NCBI GenBank assembly: GCA_030167865.1
Contig: JALAGF010003737.1
Coordinates: forward strand, 1 to 32,415
Length of the DNA stretch: 32,415 nt
Direction: 5' to 3'
DNA from: Craspedostauros australis
Taxonomy: Eukaryota
Shown piece after piece: positions 28,052-32,415 of the stretch (positions within the stretch are counted from its first letter, which is position 1; the number at the start of each line of letters is the position of its first letter). The translations under genes and the position numbers were made by a program. The notes under the pieces are model-generated. The model was given only the letters and a program-made list of their open reading frames with translations. It did not search any database and had not been told where the DNA came from.

Positions 28052-31000
28052 ATGCTCATCACCAAGACAGCTCTCATGGCTGTACTCGTCGTCGCCAACA
28101 TGGCAACGGCCGACGCCGAGCTGCGTGCCACCAGGAACATCGTGGATCCAACCAAAGAACTTCACATCATGATGAAGAAGACCCGCATCCTCAAGGGCGA
28201 CGACGGTGATAGGAAAAACACCAAGGTCAACAAGAGCAACCCCGTGCCACCATCGGCCAATCCGACTGCTCTGGAGACCTCTGCTCCGACCGCACTACCG
28301 ACTGGGCCGCCGACCGCCAGCCCCACGCGCTTCTCGCCCATGACGGGACAGCCAACGCCTTCGCCAGTTTCGCCGCCAGCAGCCAATCCAGCTTCTTTCG
28401 ATGCCACCATCGAAGTCGTTTGCCAACCAGATGGCACCACCACCCTCACGCTAGATGAAGCACGCGTGAAGACCATCATCTGCAATGCGGACAAACCATC
28501 GTGCCGCGAGGCAGTGACCGCCGTCCAAGAATCCGAGCAGCTGCAGAACTTCTTCGGATGCGCAGGAGACCTTGGCGAAGCAGCCGCGCGCAAGCTATTC
28601 CACATGTACGCATCCGATGACAGACTCGCTGCGCAACTCACGTTGGTGGCGGATGTGGGCGTGGCCCTCGTCACGGAACGACCGGATGCTATGCAAGAGG
28701 CCTGCATGGCCATGGCCATGGCACAGTCCCCTCCTGTCGCCAATCCATGCTGCCAAGGGTCATCAGGATGCACCGCAGTCACCGCTTCTGCGTCCGCTCC
28801 TCCTCCATTCATGACCGTCGCCATCACGGCATGCACCGGTGACAGCGCATGCAAGGATATGGGGCCCAATCCTCTCATCCTCGATTCCTCCTGCACCGGC
28901 GAGAGTGCATGCGAGTTGGTCAACGAGAACGAGATCAACCCCTTCATTACGGGAGTTACCTTCGTTGGTGAGATGGCGTGCACCACCGCACGATCTTGCG
29001 AGGGCGTGGGACGTCGATCCCATGGTGACGTCACCATCCAGACTGGCGCGTGCATTGGTCCAGACGCATGCAACGCAGCTGGACGCCGCGTCAAACAGTC
29101 CGGATCATCCTTTCGCTTCCGCAGTCACATCGACATTGGCTTGAACGCTTGTGTCGGCAGCAATGCCTGCAAGGACGCGCATTCGACAGTGAACCATGGG
29201 GCTGGTGGCAAGGTTGCAGGGAGCTTGACGATCGGTGATGGAGGCTGCGTCGCTGATCGTTCCTGCGAAAAGATGGGTTTCAATGACAGGATGAGGACCG
29301 ACATCGTTGTCCGTCCTGATGGATGCGGCAGCGTCGACAGCTGCAGAGGATGCATGACGAAGACGGAATGCGGCCCCGACGAGGCGTACCTGATCAGTAA
29401 CACCGCTGGAGCCTGTCCAGTTGGAGGTAGCGACAGCAACAACAATCCAACAGGAGACACGGTGGAGGAGTTCTGTGTTGGCAAGGGCACCTTGCCCACG
29501 GAGTGCCCGACATTCTTTCCGACTCCTTTCCCCACACCCCTCACCTCAAGACCGACCAACAGCCCAACCAACTTGATATCTGCTTTGCCAACGGCTCTAC
29601 CATCAGATCGGCCATCTCAGACACCCTCACAAGCCCCGTCTAGTCTTCCGTCCGGCCTTCCGTCCCAGATGCCGTCAGATATTCCGAGTTCATCGCCGTC
29701 CGATAATCCGTCGCTGCCTCCGTCAGGAATGCCGTCCGACTTTCCGTCCGGCCTTCCATCCGAGATACCCTCAGATATTCCGAGCTCGTCTCCGTCCGAC
29801 AGCCCTTCGCAAACTCCGTCAGATCAACCGTCTGATATTCCGTCAACTCTGCCCTCTGAGATGCCGTCACGCATTCCAAGCTCATCTCCGTCCGATCTCC
29901 CGTCCGAGATGCCATCCCGTCTTCCGTCAGATCTTCCGTCCGAGATGCCGTCAAGTCTGCCCTCTGACATGCCGTCGGAGAGCCCCTCGCGCGCTCCGTC
30001 AGATGCACCATCTGAGATGCCGTCCGATCTTCCGTCTACACCCCCGTCGGAGATGCCGTCAGATATCCCGAGCTCGTCGCCGTCCGATCTTCCGTCCAAT
30101 CTTCCGTCGGAGATGCCGTCAGATATCCCAAGCGCGTCTCCTTCGGTCTCACAGGCTCCCTCCAATCTTCCGAGCTCAGGGCCTTCACAAGAACCTACAA
30201 GAACAAGCAGCCCAACCCTGCCCCCTGCCTTTTTTACAGTTGGATGTTTGGAAGGTCCAGGAAACACAGGATCGGCCTTCAACCTGATCACTGCCGGTGC
30301 AGTCTTCTGCGATAGCGGAACCGACACATGTGCAGATTTTGTGGCGGCTGTCGATGCTCTCGGTGACAAGGGGAAGATGATAAAGAGCATCTTCGGATGC
30401 GATGATGATGCAACAACTCCACAGGCCGTGGAGCTGGCAGTCGCCCAGAAACGATTCAACGAGGTCAAGAACGAAGCCAGCGTGACCACGGCGCTGTTGA
30501 CAGCAGTGGAGGGGACGAAGAAGCTCTATTCGGGTTCAGGTGCGGCTGTGACAGCAGCGTGCGGTAGCAACTGCTGCACAGGCACCATTGGTTGCACAAC
30601 GTCGCCTTCTGCCGGTGTGCTGACGGTGAGTGACGCGTCCTGTGACGGTGACCGAGCCTGCTTCGACCTATTTCCCGGCACCATCATCCTTGAAAGCTGC
30701 GATACCAATGATGCATGCAATTTGCTTGGCGCGGTCACTGGAACCCTCCCGAGCCCCACTACTGAGGTTGGATTCAGGGTAGTCGGACCGGGAGCCTGTC
30801 TTGGTAGATTAAGTTGCCAAAATGTCGGCAGAAACATGCTTGGTAATGTGAGAGTCGAGACAGGAGCGTGCGATGGACAATTGTCCTGTGTCAGTATGGG
30901 AGGCCGCTCATTCAGTATCCCACAACCACCAAGAGTGACCAATATCTTCGTTGGAGAGAATGCATGCAAAGGCCAATCCAGCTGTTCCGAAATCCATTCG

Positions 31001-31276
31001 GCTATTCGAGGAGAAACGGGAAAGCCCTCCGCAAGCGTACGAATCGAGAAGGATGCTTGTGATGGCGACAACGTTTGCAAAAGCGTTGCGGCCAATCAAA
31101 ACGCAATCAACGACCTTGTCATCGAGGAGGGAGCTTGCGTCGCCAGCAAACCAGAGAGTTGCAACGCCTGTGTGCGGGAAGTTATGTGCGGTGGGAACGC
31201 TGCGCTCACATATGTCATCAGCGAAGCGGCTGCAGACTGCCCTGGTCCAAACGCAGATGCCTGTAAAAACCTCTAA
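28052..31276 (+). CDS. Large secreted Cys-rich protein (1074 aa) with two homologous C-x-G-x-x-[AS]-C repeat modules joined by a PS-repeat stalk
   Basis: Signal peptide MLITKTALMAVLVVANMATA, RIL (RxL) site, PT-rich linker, Cys module 1, about 240 aa of PS[DES]x tetrapeptides, Cys module 2. No TM anchor is visible. Confidence 0.85.
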   Translation: MLITKTALMAVLVVANMATADAELRATRNIVDPTKELHIMMKKTRILKGDDGDRKNTKVNKSNPVPPSANPTALETSAPTALPTGPPTASPTRFSPMTGQPTPSPVSPPAANPASFDATIEVVCQPDGTTTLTLDEARVKTIICNADKPSCREAVTAVQESEQLQNFFGCAGDLGEAAARKLFHMYASDDRLAAQLTLVADVGVALVTERPDAMQEACMAMAMAQSPPVANPCCQGSSGCTAVTASASAPPPFMTVAITACTGDSACKDMGPNPLILDSSCTGESACELVNENEINPFITGVTFVGEMACTTARSCEGVGRRSHGDVTIQTGACIGPDACNAAGRRVKQSGSSFRFRSHIDIGLNACVGSNACKDAHSTVNHGAGGKVAGSLTIGDGGCVADRSCEKMGFNDRMRTDIVVRPDGCGSVDSCRGCMTKTECGPDEAYLISNTAGACPVGGSDSNNNPTGDTVEEFCVGKGTLPTECPTFFPTPFPTPLTSRPTNSPTNLISALPTALPSDRPSQTPSQAPSSLPSGLPSQMPSDIPSSSPSDNPSLPPSGMPSDFPSGLPSEIPSDIPSSSPSDSPSQTPSDQPSDIPSTLPSEMPSRIPSSSPSDLPSEMPSRLPSDLPSEMPSSLPSDMPSESPSRAPSDAPSEMPSDLPSTPPSEMPSDIPSSSPSDLPSNLPSEMPSDIPSASPSVSQAPSNLPSSGPSQEPTRTSSPTLPPAFFTVGCLEGPGNTGSAFNLITAGAVFCDSGTDTCADFVAAVDALGDKGKMIKSIFGCDDDATTPQAVELAVAQKRFNEVKNEASVTTALLTAVEGTKKLYSGSGAAVTAACGSNCCTGTIGCTTSPSAGVLTVSDASCDGDRACFDLFPGTIILESCDTNDACNLLGAVTGTLPSPTTEVGFRVVGPGACLGRLSCQNVGRNMLGNVRVETGACDGQLSCVSMGGRSFSIPQPPRVTNIFVGENACKGQSSCSEIHSAIRGETGKPSASVRIEKDACDGDNVCKSVAANQNAINDLVIEEGACVASKPESCNACVREVMCGGNAALTYVISEAAADCPGPNADACKNL
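29507..30228 (+). repeat. Coding tandem repeat with a 12-nt period encoding P-S/T-x-x (PSDLPSEMPSDIPSSS...)
   Basis: Recurrent ccgtccgatctt / ccgtcggagatg / ccgtcagatatc units, about 60 tetrapeptides. Confidence 0.9.
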
Positions 31277-32415
31277 TAATCCATATGATACGAGACAACA
31301 TCAGACGCATTACTCATATCAAAGTGACTGGACTTATGACGTTCAGGTGTTACTCGTACCATACACAACTTATTCTACCTACATCTTGAAAGGGGACACC
31401 GAGGCACCGGGAGATCATGCGCAGGAGACTGTCTGCCGCAGAGTATTGGTAGTCACAAGGGCCCGATCACAGCAGATACTCTTGAGTACAATGCCAATAC
31501 TCGAATGTCTTTCACCGACAACACAGCACTCCGTGGGATCCTGTCATTTGTCCAGCTGCGAGCCGACAACGCAAATCTATTCTTTGCGACTACGAGGATC
31601 GCACAGAGTGGAGTATCATACTTATCCTTTATTCTGCTCTGCATCATTGCGAGCCATTCCCAGCCATCATGTACCAACCGCTGTCACGCTGCTATTTGCA
31701 CCGACGCATCATTTGCAGCGAATGTCCATTGCACGTGGTATGCGCCCCCTCGGTCCGCTTGGGTGGACGTTTCATCATTGTTCCCAAAGAATTTCGCAAA
31801 TCGCAACGCATCTACCATGCATTCGCTACACTCTTGCTTCACCCCGATGTGTGCACCCAACCTAGATCGAGTACCTCGTGATGGATCCGCAGACCAACCG
31901 AACCGTCGCAGCATCACATCCTCCAGCGCCGCAGTGTCGTTGGTGCCCTGATGCCTCTTCTTGTACTGTTGTGCGAATCCGTATGTGTACCGCGACCGAA
32001 CAAGATCCTCCAGCCTGGAGATGCTGTGCCGCAGGTAAGAAGCACATCACCGACGGCAATTCCATCTCGTCCAATATATTAAATGGACAGTGCGTGGCGT
32101 AGATTTTGCCACTGCAGGCATCTCAAAGATGCACTGGTTGGTTCCTGCATTCGTGATTCGGAAACGCTGATATGGCATGGAGGGGTATGTACGAGGTGGA
32201 GCGACACGATGTGTAAAAAAGGAAGTGAAATAGCTGACATGATGAAAGGAGAGGACGAGACGCTGATCGCAATCCATTTCCAATCCATTTTCAACCGGGC
32301 ATCGCACAATAGGATACAAGAGCACTTCACGCACTGACGTAATGACGCGAGTCAGCACGTCGCAGGATTGCTCGAATACATGAATGCATACCACTGATAC
32401 GAACGAACCATATCA

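Noticed and set aside
29507-30228. Regular repeats resembling a CRISPR array or satellite
   Set aside because: They are degenerate 12-nt coding repeats in frame within a protein, with no unique spacers and no cas genes.

Overview
Eukaryotic nuclear DNA, most likely from a diatom. The evidence is GT-AG introns, two proteins with bipartite plastid-targeting presequences (ASA-F and CG-F), and a PBP-kinase-cyclase receptor and sulfotransferase-like protein of types common in diatoms. About 12 well-supported protein genes are present: a partial plastid membrane protein, a TM-RING E3 ligase, a PPR-TrmB (PPR-TGM) fusion, a sensor-kinase-cyclase receptor, a sulfotransferase-like protein, Pin1, three clustered organellar bL12 paralogues, a 5-exon DDX24/Mak5 helicase, a plastid TPR-like protein and a large secreted Cys-rich/PS-repeat protein. 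The standout is a circularly permuted tRNA-Arg(ACG) gene at 3627-3703 on the minus strand. Its 3' half lies upstream of its 5' half, separated by 5 nt, with the break at position 37/38. It has an AT-rich TATA-like upstream element and a downstream T4 run. Permuted tRNA genes are known from Cyanidioschyzon, prasinophyte green algae, the Bigelowiella nucleomorph and Thermofilum; I am not aware of reports in diatoms. All calls were made by eye from sequence, without database searches.
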